A stretch of DNA of 64,000 nt from Candidatus Edwardsbacteria bacterium RifOxyA12_full_54_48 (GCA_001777915.1 MFFN01000004.1:425744-489743), one strand, 5' to 3'; numbered from the stretch's first letter, positions 10,331 to 19,362 are shown. Notes: generated by a model not told the origin, from the letters alone. Made by a program: numbers and translations.

Positions 10331-12535
10331 TTAGAAATACAGCAGGTATCTGGCTTTAATGGCTCCAATGATATACCTCTGGGTCATTTCGCCGTCGGGA
10401 TTTGAACCGTAATCAAGTGAATTGTAATCGTTCAAAGCCACGTACAGCCAACTTTTTGGGGAGAAGTTCCAGGAATATAAAAGCCCAAAACGATCCGAAT
10501 AAAGACGGGTCTTTTCGAAATTGCTTTCCGGGGTGGTGCCTACCATCTCGTTGAATACCGAAAGCGTCATTTTGGCGGTTATCCGGTAATCCATCCTGGG
10601 GCGGAATATAGGAGTCATGGCTACGATCTCTTTGCCGGGATCCCATTCGACCCATAACATAGAAGTCAGGGTGGTGCTTAAGGGCGAGATGATGGAATAA
10701 CTGAATGTCAGCCAGTTCGACCCCTGGTATGCCAGGTAGTTCCTGGCGTAATTGTAACTGTAATTGTAATCGCAGCCCCCGTTGATGTTGTTCCCCATCA
10801 AAAAGCCCCAGAAATTGAAACTCATGTCGCGGCTGATATAGTTTATGCATTCTTCCCTGCCAACAAAGGGATTGTAGATCAATTCGTAATTTCTTCCATA
10901 ATTCAACTCAAGATTTGCCCCCCAGTTATTCCTCCAGTTTGGATTGATGGAAAAATAACCGGCGGTGGACCATTCGGGACAGCCCGGCTCCCGCACCCGG
11001 GCGATGCCCGGCGCGATGTAAAGATTACGCAGCGATGCTTGCCGGAACGTCCAAAAAGGTCCTCCGATGAACAACGCCCTCTGTCTGCCGGTCCAGGGGA
11101 CGTAGCCGATACCCTCTACGGAGAATGAGTCATCCACCGCCTCATATGCCGACATGATCAAGAACTTGTCGATGAATCCGCGGAAGCCGGTGCTTACCGC
11201 CATCCCCTTTTTACCCGACTCGTCGCTGTAGGCACCCTGCAGGATCAACTGGTTTGGTCCTTTGCGCAAAGAGGCATCCAGCCCTGCGGCGTAGTTGTAT
11301 TCGTCCGCATTGGCAGACATGCCGCTAAACAGCAATCCTATATCAGAGTTGTTTAATACCCTTCTGGTCGCCCTCAAAACTCCGAATTTCCTTTCCGGCT
11401 CTGTCAGCGGCAGACCCCGATAGGAATAATCATATTTCTCGGTATACGCCGCCAGAGCCCCAATATTCCAGCCTTCGGTTTTGTGGGTCACCTTCAATCC
11501 TCCGATGATCGGCACCGCACCGCCGTCGATGGACTTCCCCACCCGGCGGGAATAAAAAATATTGAGCGGCTGAAAGAAACCGCTGCCCTGGAATTCCGAA
11601 AAGCGGAATATCTCCCGCCCCTCCACAAAGAACGGCCGTTGCTCCTGCAGATAGGTGGGATAGCGGGAAAGGTTGACCGAGGACGGGTCCGATTCTATCT
11701 GGGCAAAATCGGGGTAGGCCGTGGCATTGATGCTGGTCTGCGGGGTCAGGTCCCATTTGGCGGTCAGGCTGCCGTTTACCTTCCTGGCAGTTGTTCTTCC
11801 CTTAAAATCCTCATAGCGTAAAAACCCTTCGGGATACAGCTCGAAATAATATCCCGAAGACCGGGGGTTGATGTTCTGGGCCACCCCCCATCGAGACACC
11901 AGATCGTCGTCCTTTTGGGTAACCTCGGTCCAGTAATCATCCTCGCGATTGGTGGCGATGTGCCGGGCGAACTGAACGCCCCAATTCATCAAGCCCTTTT
12001 TATAGCGCAATGTCTTGAAGGGGATCTTCATCTCCACCTCCATCCGGTCGGGATACATCTTAACCGAGTTGTACCAGACCCCCTCCCAGGAAAGGTCCTG
12101 GCTGCGTCCGTCGTCCATGATCAGCCCGTCCCAGAAAAGGCCGCTGCCGAAAACCAAAAAGAAATACCCGCCGGTCCGGCTGCCGAAAGGATCTATCTTG
12201 ATGGTCACATAGTCCTCATCCTTGGTGAAGCAGGCCACCGGGGGATTTTTGTCTGCATGGCAGCGAAAGGCCACATATAGATTTTCGGCATCCTGAAGCA
12301 GGTAGACCACCGTCCGCTCGGTCGGAGCGGTCTTTTCATATGGGGTATGCTGGATGAAATTGATTGCTGAATCGCCCGATAGCCAAAGATCCTCAATTAT
12401 GCCATCGATTTTCGGCTCAATATCCGTTTGGGTAATATTGACGCTTTTTTGTGGTCTGTTTTCTTCCTCTTGGGCCCGAGCGGCCATGGATGATATTACT
12501 AGGAAGAAAAACAGTAAAAAAACATGCTTTTTCAT
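10331..12535 (-). CDS. Secreted/outer-membrane protein with N-terminal CBM9-like (DOMON-like) domain; DUF5916-type architecture
   Basis: Signal peptide. N-terminal PKIDGIIEDLW...TVVYLLQDAENLYVAFRCHADKNP matches the CBM9-like opening of DUF5916 proteins. Length 734 aa. C-terminal aromatic ending (...RYLLYF) typical of OM beta-barrels. Confidence 0.55.
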   Translation of the reverse strand: MKKHVFLLFFFLVISSMAARAQEEENRPQKSVNITQTDIEPKIDGIIEDLWLSGDSAINFIQHTPYEKTAPTERTVVYLLQDAENLYVAFRCHADKNPPVACFTKDEDYVTIKIDPFGSRTGGYFFLVFGSGLFWDGLIMDDGRSQDLSWEGVWYNSVKMYPDRMEVEMKIPFKTLRYKKGLMNWGVQFARHIATNREDDYWTEVTQKDDDLVSRWGVAQNINPRSSGYYFELYPEGFLRYEDFKGRTTARKVNGSLTAKWDLTPQTSINATAYPDFAQIESDPSSVNLSRYPTYLQEQRPFFVEGREIFRFSEFQGSGFFQPLNIFYSRRVGKSIDGGAVPIIGGLKVTHKTEGWNIGALAAYTEKYDYSYRGLPLTEPERKFGVLRATRRVLNNSDIGLLFSGMSANADEYNYAAGLDASLRKGPNQLILQGAYSDESGKKGMAVSTGFRGFIDKFLIMSAYEAVDDSFSVEGIGYVPWTGRQRALFIGGPFWTFRQASLRNLYIAPGIARVREPGCPEWSTAGYFSINPNWRNNWGANLELNYGRNYELIYNPFVGREECINYISRDMSFNFWGFLMGNNINGGCDYNYSYNYARNYLAYQGSNWLTFSYSIISPLSTTLTSMLWVEWDPGKEIVAMTPIFRPRMDYRITAKMTLSVFNEMVGTTPESNFEKTRLYSDRFGLLYSWNFSPKSWLYVALNDYNSLDYGSNPDGEMTQRYIIGAIKARYLLYF

Positions 12536-12663
12536 GATTGCTCCATAATGTAATATTATTGAATATACGCAAACTACTTAAAATTAAGCTATAATGTTTC
12601 AATAAAGAAGGGTCAATAACTGCTTGTTTACATGATATTTAACAACATTACACCTTTTAAATA

Positions 12664-13908
12664 TTATTTTTTCTTTTCCAGAAATATTTTCATGGAATCA
12701 AAGTTAAAAGTTAGACGATATGGCCGAAAAAACCCATGGGAAATGATCCCCCCTATCAGAAACCCAAACCGGCTCTCAAAACCTGGCGGAAGCGCTCCGA
12801 ACAAACCGCGAACATCCCTTTCCTCGATATTTCCCAAAGTCAGCCGATCCACCGTAAAGGGGCGTACCTGTACTTCTCCTCCGCCCCCCATGCCCTCTTT
12901 GGCTTCGCCCAGCTTGATACCGGCCGTTTTAATGGTGGCCTCGGTAGCAGTGAAACCCCCTCCGGCCAGTCCGGTGTCGATGAAAAAAAGCTGGGGTTGG
13001 CCGCTGTTGACTGTCCCCCAAGCCACCATTATATGGTCTCCGGCCATCCAAAAAGGCAGGCCTCCGCTAATAGACACTGCCGTGGCTTCTCCGGAGTTGC
13101 GACGGGCTAGGACCAGTTTTCCTCCCGGATAATCCAAGGTAAAATTGAAATGGTATAGGAAACATGTACCCACTACCCCCCGAACAGGTTGTTGAAACAT
13201 CTGGGCTGCCCGTTTGGGGGCCTGGCTAATGTTAATGGGAACATTGCGAACGATAAATGATCCAGCTTTGACGCTATCCAGTATCCCATGATAGGTAGCA
13301 GCGGTTTTCCCACCTGCAAACGTAGCGGTCTGCGTACCCAGGAATTTTATTCCAAGGTCTTTCGCTAATTCTTCATCTATGCTCAGTTCCCAGCCGCCGG
13401 TGTCGATCAGGAACATCGTCTCTCTGCCGTTGACCGTGAGCATAATCAAAGGCAGGGGATCAGTCTGGACGAACGGCAGTTCGGTCACTATGGCCGCACT
13501 TTCGATGAGGTACGGCGTTCTATCTTTGAATGCCTGCAGTTTGTCGGCTTTGGCCATCTGGCCGGCCTCGGCGAATAGCGACCCGGCTTCGGCGAAGCGG
13601 TCCTGGCGGTAATAGGTTTCCGATAGCAGGCCGATGGTCTTGACACGAACAGAACTGTCTGTCAGGGCTTTCTTTAAATGCGTCTCTGCCTTGCTGAAAC
13701 GGTTGCCGTAAAGGGCAATCTGTCCTAGCATTAGGTTGGCATAGACATTGTTCGAATCCTTTTTCAGTATCCGGTTATAATATGCCTCAGCTTCAGGGAA
13801 TAACCCTTGATAAAATAAATTATCCGCTTTTCCCATTGCATCTTCGGCTTTTCCGTTGTTAGCCAAACCAAGTATGGCTATCATAAATACGATGATTGTA
13901 TATTTCAT
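12664..13908 (-). CDS. Secreted TPR-repeat protein with two retropepsin-like aspartic-protease domains (clan AA)
   Basis: Signal peptide. TPR-like N-terminus (AEAYYNRILKKDSNNVYANLMLGQIALYGNRFSKAETHLKKAL). Two catalytic D-T-G motifs (LIDTGGWE and FIDTGLAGGG), each followed by hydrophobic flap-like segments. Confidence 0.6.
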   Translation of the reverse strand: MKYTIIVFMIAILGLANNGKAEDAMGKADNLFYQGLFPEAEAYYNRILKKDSNNVYANLMLGQIALYGNRFSKAETHLKKALTDSSVRVKTIGLLSETYYRQDRFAEAGSLFAEAGQMAKADKLQAFKDRTPYLIESAAIVTELPFVQTDPLPLIMLTVNGRETMFLIDTGGWELSIDEELAKDLGIKFLGTQTATFAGGKTAATYHGILDSVKAGSFIVRNVPINISQAPKRAAQMFQQPVRGVVGTCFLYHFNFTLDYPGGKLVLARRNSGEATAVSISGGLPFWMAGDHIMVAWGTVNSGQPQLFFIDTGLAGGGFTATEATIKTAGIKLGEAKEGMGGGGEVQVRPFTVDRLTLGNIEERDVRGLFGALPPGFESRFGFLIGGIISHGFFRPYRLTFNFDSMKIFLEKKK

Positions 13909-13967
13909 GCTAACCTCACTTGTTTGAGTTTAAAATTGACGGGATCCTCCTATACAGCCAGTGCTCG

Positions 13968-15287
13968 CTATTTCCGCAGACACCGCACAGTGTCTCCGAC
14001 GGAACGGATCAGGGTGAACCCGTCGACCCTGCCGTCCAGGCCGGTGGTGAAGCTGACCGAGCTGCCAGTCTGTTCGATCACGAAGCTCCGGTCAGAGGCT
14101 GGTACCAGACGCATCTTGGGGCCGTTCTCGCGCTGGAAGAATAGTTGCCCCCCGTCAGCGGAGATGACCCGGATGCCATACTTTCCGGGATACGAGTCAA
14201 GCATGGCGGAGGATGGTTTGAGGTTTCGCGCTTCTGCCCGCTTGACCGCTGCCAGGTTGTCGTATTCAAAGCGTTCGGCGGATGATGGTGCAGTCCGGGC
14301 CAGGGTGTCTAGGGCCATCAGATAAGCGACCTCTAAAGCGCTGTCGGCCGGCACTGGGACATGAGGCTGAACCCCGGTTCCCTCCCAGTTCTTTTTGGAT
14401 ATTGGATTGATGGCCCGGCCGATCGACACTTTGAGAACGAAATGATCGTTAAGTATCTTGAAGTCGACCGGATGAGCGCCACCGCCGGTGGTCTGGCCGA
14501 CGATGGTGGCCCGCTTCAGCTCCCGCAGGTTGTTGGAGAACTCCTCGGCTCCCGAGAAAGTATAATCACTGGTCAGAATGTAGACCGGCACTTTGGCCAA
14601 ACGAGGCCCTGGAACCCAGGGCAGTATCCAATACTGCTGGGTAAGATTGGTGGGCCGGGTGTATAAGTCGTTCAGGTGGGCCTCACCCTCGAACAGGTAG
14701 GTGCTTATCAGCTGGATCATCTCGGGGTGGCCCCCGCCGTTTCGGCGCAGATCGAAGATGACCGCCTGGGCATTGGCCATAAAATTCATGGCCGACACCG
14801 CAGCCGCACCGGCTCCCGGCAGCTGGGGATTATCGAACATCCTGAAATCTATGTATCCAACGTTCCCCGGCATAAGTTCGACCTTTCGAAATCCGAAATT
14901 ATCGCGCTGATGGGACCGAATGACCTCCGGGAGGCTTTCACCATCCATGGTGTCGCAACGCATTTGGGCAATACGCTGCGGTCCGTATATCACCGCCAGA
15001 TGGCGGTCCTTGGTTACCGACCGCAGATCGTTGGTGAGTCGCGCGGCGAAATCCTCCGGGTTGGATAATCGATCGTAAGTGCCGGCATTAAGGTTCTTCC
15101 GCAGCAGTGCCGACATGGCCTTGGCCTTGTCGGGAAATACATAGTTATTCGCCAGCAGTTTGGAAACCGAGTCGACCACCGATTTTCTGATGGCCTTGTC
15201 AATAGCTGTCTGTGTTGCCGGCAGGGCCGGGGCCAGCACCGGGAATATTAAAGCGATCAAAATGGGGAAAAATATTTTTCGCATCAT
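13968..15287 (-). CDS. S41-family peptidase (C-terminal processing / tricorn-like)
   Basis: Signal peptide. VIFDLRRNGGG motif and surrounding region typical of peptidase S41. Length 439 aa. Confidence 0.75.
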   Translation of the reverse strand: MMRKIFFPILIALIFPVLAPALPATQTAIDKAIRKSVVDSVSKLLANNYVFPDKAKAMSALLRKNLNAGTYDRLSNPEDFAARLTNDLRSVTKDRHLAVIYGPQRIAQMRCDTMDGESLPEVIRSHQRDNFGFRKVELMPGNVGYIDFRMFDNPQLPGAGAAAVSAMNFMANAQAVIFDLRRNGGGHPEMIQLISTYLFEGEAHLNDLYTRPTNLTQQYWILPWVPGPRLAKVPVYILTSDYTFSGAEEFSNNLRELKRATIVGQTTGGGAHPVDFKILNDHFVLKVSIGRAINPISKKNWEGTGVQPHVPVPADSALEVAYLMALDTLARTAPSSAERFEYDNLAAVKRAEARNLKPSSAMLDSYPGKYGIRVISADGGQLFFQRENGPKMRLVPASDRSFVIEQTGSSVSFTTGLDGRVDGFTLIRSVGDTVRCLRK

Positions 15288-15310
15288 GTTTGTTGCTCCT
15301 TCGATTGTGA

Positions 15311-16288
15311 TTATTTTAGGGTGAGGGTCAATACGATCGTTGACCGCTGATAGTCGCCACTATGGTCGTTTCCGGAATATTTGAAGCCCAGGCTGCGGTA
15401 CAGCCGATTAGCCGAGTCCAATCTGGGATTTGTCCGGACCAGCAATATTTTTGCCTTTAGGGCCGTAGATTCTTTGATCGCGGCCAAGACCAGTTTTTTG
15501 CCCACCATTCTTCCCCGGAATTCCGGGGCTACCGCCAATTTGGCCAGCTCGTATTTACCTTTTCCTTTATTTATAAGGGCCACGGTGCCAATTGCTTTTC
15601 CGCCAATGACGGCAAACAATATTTTTCCTCCGGGCTTGATGATATTGGCCTCTGGGTGCAACAACATCCTTTCATCAGCCGGCTCAACGGTGAAGTATTC
15701 CTCCAACCATTGCTTGTTCAACTGGTAAAATGGTTCTTTAAATTTTTTTTTGAATTCAACGATATCGACCTCCTTATACTGGCGGCTTTTTATTTTATTC
15801 GCCACCCGTTGATACATGCTTTTATCTTCCAAGGCATCCTCTATCTGGCCGATCATTTGCAGAAAATTACAATCCAGTTCGCCCAGCAATTCAGAGGTGC
15901 TTGTTTCAATGACCTTCCACAACGGTTTTATAGATGGCATCAGGGCCCGGCCTTTTTCGGTTAAGGATATCAGTCTTTTCCTCTTGTCCTTTGGGTCGCT
16001 TTTCGAATCAACCAGTCCCGACCCGGCCATCTCGGCCGCCAGCTGGTTTACCGCCGGATAGGTGATCCCAACCGCTTTGGCCAGTTCGGTGACCGACATG
16101 GCCTTCTGTTGCGAGAGCTGGAAGAATATCAGGAACCATTTGGGTTCGAAGTCAAACCCCTGTTCCTTATATATCCGTCCCACATCTTGCATCAGGCTTT
16201 CACTCAGCCTTTTTATTCGGCTGGCAGTCGCCAGCTCCCCCAGTTTTCTGATAAGCTCGGTCATATTCCCCTCAATAAAAAGTAACAT
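15311..16288 (-). CDS. MarR-family HTH regulator fused to a GNAT N-acetyltransferase domain (start more likely the MTELIRK codon at 16264)
   Basis: Winged-helix MarR region (MSVTELAKAVGITYPAVNQLAAEMAGSGLVDSKSDPKDKRKRLISLTEKG). C-terminal GNAT motifs (ELAKLAVAPEFRGRMVGKKLV ... RLYRSLGFKY). Confidence 0.75.
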   Translation of the reverse strand: MLLFIEGNMTELIRKLGELATASRIKRLSESLMQDVGRIYKEQGFDFEPKWFLIFFQLSQQKAMSVTELAKAVGITYPAVNQLAAEMAGSGLVDSKSDPKDKRKRLISLTEKGRALMPSIKPLWKVIETSTSELLGELDCNFLQMIGQIEDALEDKSMYQRVANKIKSRQYKEVDIVEFKKKFKEPFYQLNKQWLEEYFTVEPADERMLLHPEANIIKPGGKILFAVIGGKAIGTVALINKGKGKYELAKLAVAPEFRGRMVGKKLVLAAIKESTALKAKILLVRTNPRLDSANRLYRSLGFKYSGNDHSGDYQRSTIVLTLTLK

Positions 16289-16292
16289 AATG

Positions 16293-16306
16293 TGTAAGTG
16301 CTTACA
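16293..16306. promoter_or_regulatory. 14-bp palindrome TGTAAGTGCTTACA, candidate MarR-type operator
   Basis: 6-bp inverted arms separated by 2 bp, about 30 bp upstream of the MarR-GNAT start, in an AT-rich intergenic region. Confidence 0.35.
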
Positions 16307-16345
16307 TAAATATATATAAAAAAATTGCTTTTGTCAAGAGAAAAA

Positions 16346-17075
16346 TTAAAATCTTTTATATGCCGGATTACCAAAATCCAAGTATCGTTTAAGATATTGC
16401 CTGTATTCCTCTATCGAGAACCAGCCTGCCCTTCCATTCTCGGCCCTGCCCTTTTCCAGATGAAATTGCTGGGCCGGCATAAAGCTGTAACCTATAAGAT
16501 AGAGCCGCCCCCCCCCTACCATCACGGCAAACATCCATCACCACCGAAACATGGCCCACCCCGCCGGTTTGATTTTGCACCAGCATGTCCCCTGGCCGCA
16601 AATCTTTCTCCTCAACCGATCGGCAACCCTTTTTCAACGAATAGGAATTTGCGTTGTCCATGGTCCATTTTAGAAATCCCTTATATGGCTGGCCGCTATC
16701 CCGGTAATAACGGCGCTTTCCGTTATAATCAAAAAGATAGAGCTGTTCCAGCCTTCCGGTCTGTTTAAAATACTCCGCCCGGAACCTGAAGCACCAGTCT
16801 GCGCACTGCTCCAGGTCCCGGCTGAACAGCATTGGCATATCAACCACTGCCAGAACGCTGTAACGAGGCGAAATGACCGGCTTCCCGTCGCACCCCAATA
16901 TAACATTATCATCTTTTATCGGAAGCCTCTGGATCCAGCCAGAATACGAGCTGTCGGCATATTCCACCCGCGCATATCCGGAGGGAATTGGTATATCTTT
17001 TAGGACCCTTGCTTGGCAGATAGCGGGCACTATAAGCAACGCCCCCATTTTTATCGCGTATTTTAAACTTTTCAT
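16346..17075 (-). pseudogene. Secreted protein of unknown function interrupted by a frameshift at a G9 (C9 on +) homopolymer
   Basis: ORF 16389..17099 (signal peptide MKSLKYAIKMGALLIVPAICQA). Protein-like ORF 16346..16534 is in the +1 frame. Both frames are open across the 9-nt homopolymer at 16508..16516. Deleting one G joins them into one ~243-aa ORF (...DVCRDGRGGRLYLIGYSFMPAQQFHLEKG...). Confidence 0.5.
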
Positions 17076-17143
17076 ATATCGATCATTGTTATAAATCAAG
17101 AGCGAAGACCTTGCGGTCTTCGCCCGTTTTGTGGCTTATTCAA

Positions 17144-18214
17144 TTACTTTACCCTGTAAACCCAACCGTATTTATCCTCTTTCTCTCCATATTGTATTCC
17201 GGTCATGGTATCGAAGATTTTTTTTGCCCACGGCCCTGTCTCTTGTGAGATGACATATTCCTTGTCTTTATAATTGATCCTGCCCACCGGGCTTATCACC
17301 GCCGCGGTGCCGGCGCCAAAAGCCTCGGTGACTTTTTTACTATTGATGCCATCCATCAGCTCATCGATCGGGATCTGCCTTTCCTCGGGAACGATCCCCA
17401 GGTCTTCAGCTATCTGAAGCACCGATTTGCGGGTGATGCCCTGCAGGATGCTTCCGGAGAGTTTTGGAGTTACCAGCTTGTTGTCGATTACGAAAAAAAT
17501 ATTCATGGCCCCCACTTCTTCGATATATTTGTGCTCCACAGCGTCCAGCCACAGTACCTGGCTGCAACCCTTGTCCTTGGCAATTTTGGAAGCCAGCAGG
17601 GTGCCGGCATAATTCCCGCCGGTCTTGGCCTCGCCGGTACCCCCCTGGGCTGCCCTGGTGTAGCTGTCGCTGACCCACAGCCCCACCGGGTTGAAACCCT
17701 CCTGAAAATATGGCCCCACCGGAGAAAGGATGATGAAGAAAAGATACCGGTCGGCGGGCTTCACCCCCAAAGCGGCCTCGGTGCCGATGACAGCCGGGCG
17801 GATATATAAAGAGGCCCCCACGGCCTTGGGGATCCACCGTTCCTCAAGCCTGAGCAGCTCGCCTTCGGCCTGCAGAAAAATCTCCTCTGGGATTTCCGGC
17901 ATGCACATTCTTTTAAGGGAGTGGTTAATGCGCCGGGCGTTTTCCTGTGGTCGAAACAATAGAATCTCATCCTTGGGGGACTTATAGGCCTTTTGTCCTT
18001 CGAAAACCTCCTGGCTATAGTGAAGAACATTGGCGGCGGGATCAAGCAGCAAGGGCTGATAGGGTTTTATCTCGGCATTGTGCCAGCCCTTATCAACAGT
18101 ATGTTCCATGGTGAACATGTAATCGGTGAAATTTCTTCCGAAAACCAGTTTTAGAGGATCTTGAAATAAGGGTTTCAGCTTATCTACCGATAACAGCGTC
18201 TTTTTGATATCCAT
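17144..18214 (-). CDS. ilvE: Branched-chain amino acid aminotransferase
   Basis: Fold-type IV aminotransferase features: N-terminal FTDYMF...HYSQEVFEGQKAYK and C-terminal GTGEAKTGGNYA / EAFGAGTAAVISPV regions. Length 356 aa. Confidence 0.85.
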   Translation of the reverse strand: MDIKKTLLSVDKLKPLFQDPLKLVFGRNFTDYMFTMEHTVDKGWHNAEIKPYQPLLLDPAANVLHYSQEVFEGQKAYKSPKDEILLFRPQENARRINHSLKRMCMPEIPEEIFLQAEGELLRLEERWIPKAVGASLYIRPAVIGTEAALGVKPADRYLFFIILSPVGPYFQEGFNPVGLWVSDSYTRAAQGGTGEAKTGGNYAGTLLASKIAKDKGCSQVLWLDAVEHKYIEEVGAMNIFFVIDNKLVTPKLSGSILQGITRKSVLQIAEDLGIVPEERQIPIDELMDGINSKKVTEAFGAGTAAVISPVGRINYKDKEYVISQETGPWAKKIFDTMTGIQYGEKEDKYGWVYRVK

Positions 18215-18316
18215 CGCCCGCTCCCGTTTAATTAATGCATTAGGTACATATCATAGATTACCAGATGATGAAAAAAATTTCAAGTAAATAATTTGGTGAT
18301 ATCTTTAAAAACAATG

Positions 18317-18853
18317 CTATTGTTTTGCAACGAACTCAATGCCGCCAAAGACCACCGCTGCATGGATCAGCAGGTGCTTCTCTGCACTTTTGAAATTCTC
18401 TGTTTTATATGTGTATTGCCCGAAGGCCACCACATTGCCGTCCGGCAGGTGGGCCCCGCCAAAGGCCGAACTGGCGACGATCTTGGTGGGAATGGCGGGA
18501 TCGATCTTAATTACCGACCCGCCGAAGATGGTGTTGATATCCACCCTAACATTCTGATCCTTAAGCTCTATGCCAGAAAGATCGATCTCTCCCTTGCCAA
18601 AGACCACATCATACTTATCCGCGGCCGTGATAACTTCGATGGCCTTTTCCTCGAATACCGCCGATTTTTTGCTTTTGCTCCAAAAGGAGATCCCGGTCAG
18701 CATCTGAATGCCCAGATAGATCAGGGACAGGGCAAATATGGTCCTGAAGATGGGTATCTTTATCCCGAACACCACATTGATTATCACGCCCAAACCTATC
18801 AGGATAAGAACCACCCCCCAAAAGACGCCGGTAAAAATAAACCCCATTCTCAT
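18317..18853 (-). CDS. Membrane protein with LiaF-like / DUF2154 C-terminal domain (cell-envelope stress family)
   Basis: Two N-terminal TM helices, then a beta-rich C-terminal domain (GEIDLSGIELKDQNVRVDINTIFGGSVIKID) resembling LiaF C-terminal domains. Confidence 0.45.
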   Translation of the reverse strand: MRMGFIFTGVFWGVVLILIGLGVIINVVFGIKIPIFRTIFALSLIYLGIQMLTGISFWSKSKKSAVFEEKAIEVITAADKYDVVFGKGEIDLSGIELKDQNVRVDINTIFGGSVIKIDPAIPTKIVASSAFGGAHLPDGNVVAFGQYTYKTENFKSAEKHLLIHAAVVFGGIEFVAKQ

Positions 18854-19036
18854 AACCTCCTCCTTATATTTAATAGATTATTTTTTTGATGCACGGCAAC
18901 CCTACCGGAATTGTAAATCTCTTGCTGAAAAAAGTCAACGATAAAATATTTGGGGAATATCACCGTAAGCTGGGCAAATTTGCAACTGTTTTATAACTAT
19001 TAAAAAATAGTATTTGACGGGATTTGGGTTTGGGGC

Positions 19037-19052
19037 TGTTTCACGTGAAACA
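19037..19052. other. parS: parS centromere-like site (perfect match to consensus TGTTTCACGTGAAACA)
   Basis: 16-bp perfect palindrome identical to the canonical ParB-binding parS consensus. A parB gene lies 17 kb downstream in this window. Confidence 0.8.
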
Positions 19053-19056
19053 ATAA

Positions 19057-19085
19057 CTCCCCTGCGGCCTCGACCGCAGGGGAGT
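19057..19085 (-). terminator. GC-rich hairpin between the two parS sites (possible terminator of the 19153..19350 gene)
   Basis: CTCCCCTGCGG cctcga CCGCAGGGGAG inverted repeat (11-bp arms). Only a weak U tract follows on the - strand. Confidence 0.35.
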
Positions 19086-19112
19086 TAAACGGCAATGATT
19101 TGTGTTGTCTGG

Positions 19113-19136
19113 GGAATGTTTCACGTGAAACATTCC
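19113..19136. other. parS: parS centromere-like site (core 19117..19132 = TGTTTCACGTGAAACA, extended to a 24-bp perfect palindrome)
   Basis: GGAATGTTTCACGTGAAACATTCC. The core is identical to the parS consensus. Centre is 80 bp from the first site. Confidence 0.8.
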
Positions 19137-19152
19137 GTATTGGGGGGCCGGT

Positions 19153-19350
19153 TTATCTCTGCTCCGGGTTTTGCTCCCTTATGGCATACGCCAACTGTTG
19201 TCGGTTAATGCACCCCATCTCCACCAAGCACTCGCCGATCTTTTTTGAAGAATCGTTGATTTGTTTATATCTGGCCCGGATTATGTGTTCCACCGAGATG
19301 AATCCATGGGTCATCATTATTTCACCCAGCAGTTTTTTGTTCCTTTTCAT
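19153..19350 (-). CDS. 65-aa stand-alone MshEN-like (T2SSE_N-type) domain protein, candidate c-di-GMP receptor
   Basis: Two tandem 24-residue motifs, LLGEIMMTHGFISVEHIIRARYKQ and KIGECLVEMGCINRQQLAYAIREQ, 5 residues apart, fit the MshEN motif RLGxx(L/V/I)(L/V/I)xxG(L/V/I)(L/V/I)xxxxLxxxLxxQ. Confidence 0.5.
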   Translation of the reverse strand: MKRNKKLLGEIMMTHGFISVEHIIRARYKQINDSSKKIGECLVEMGCINRQQLAYAIREQNPEQR

Positions 19351-19362
19351 GGCTGCGTCCTT

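Noticed and set aside
19037-19136. Initial reading of the paired TTTCACGTGAAA palindromes as a transcription-factor (E-box-like) operator for the LiaF-like gene
   Set aside because: The 16-mer is an exact match to the universal parS consensus and parAB are present in the window. The centromere-site interpretation is far more parsimonious.
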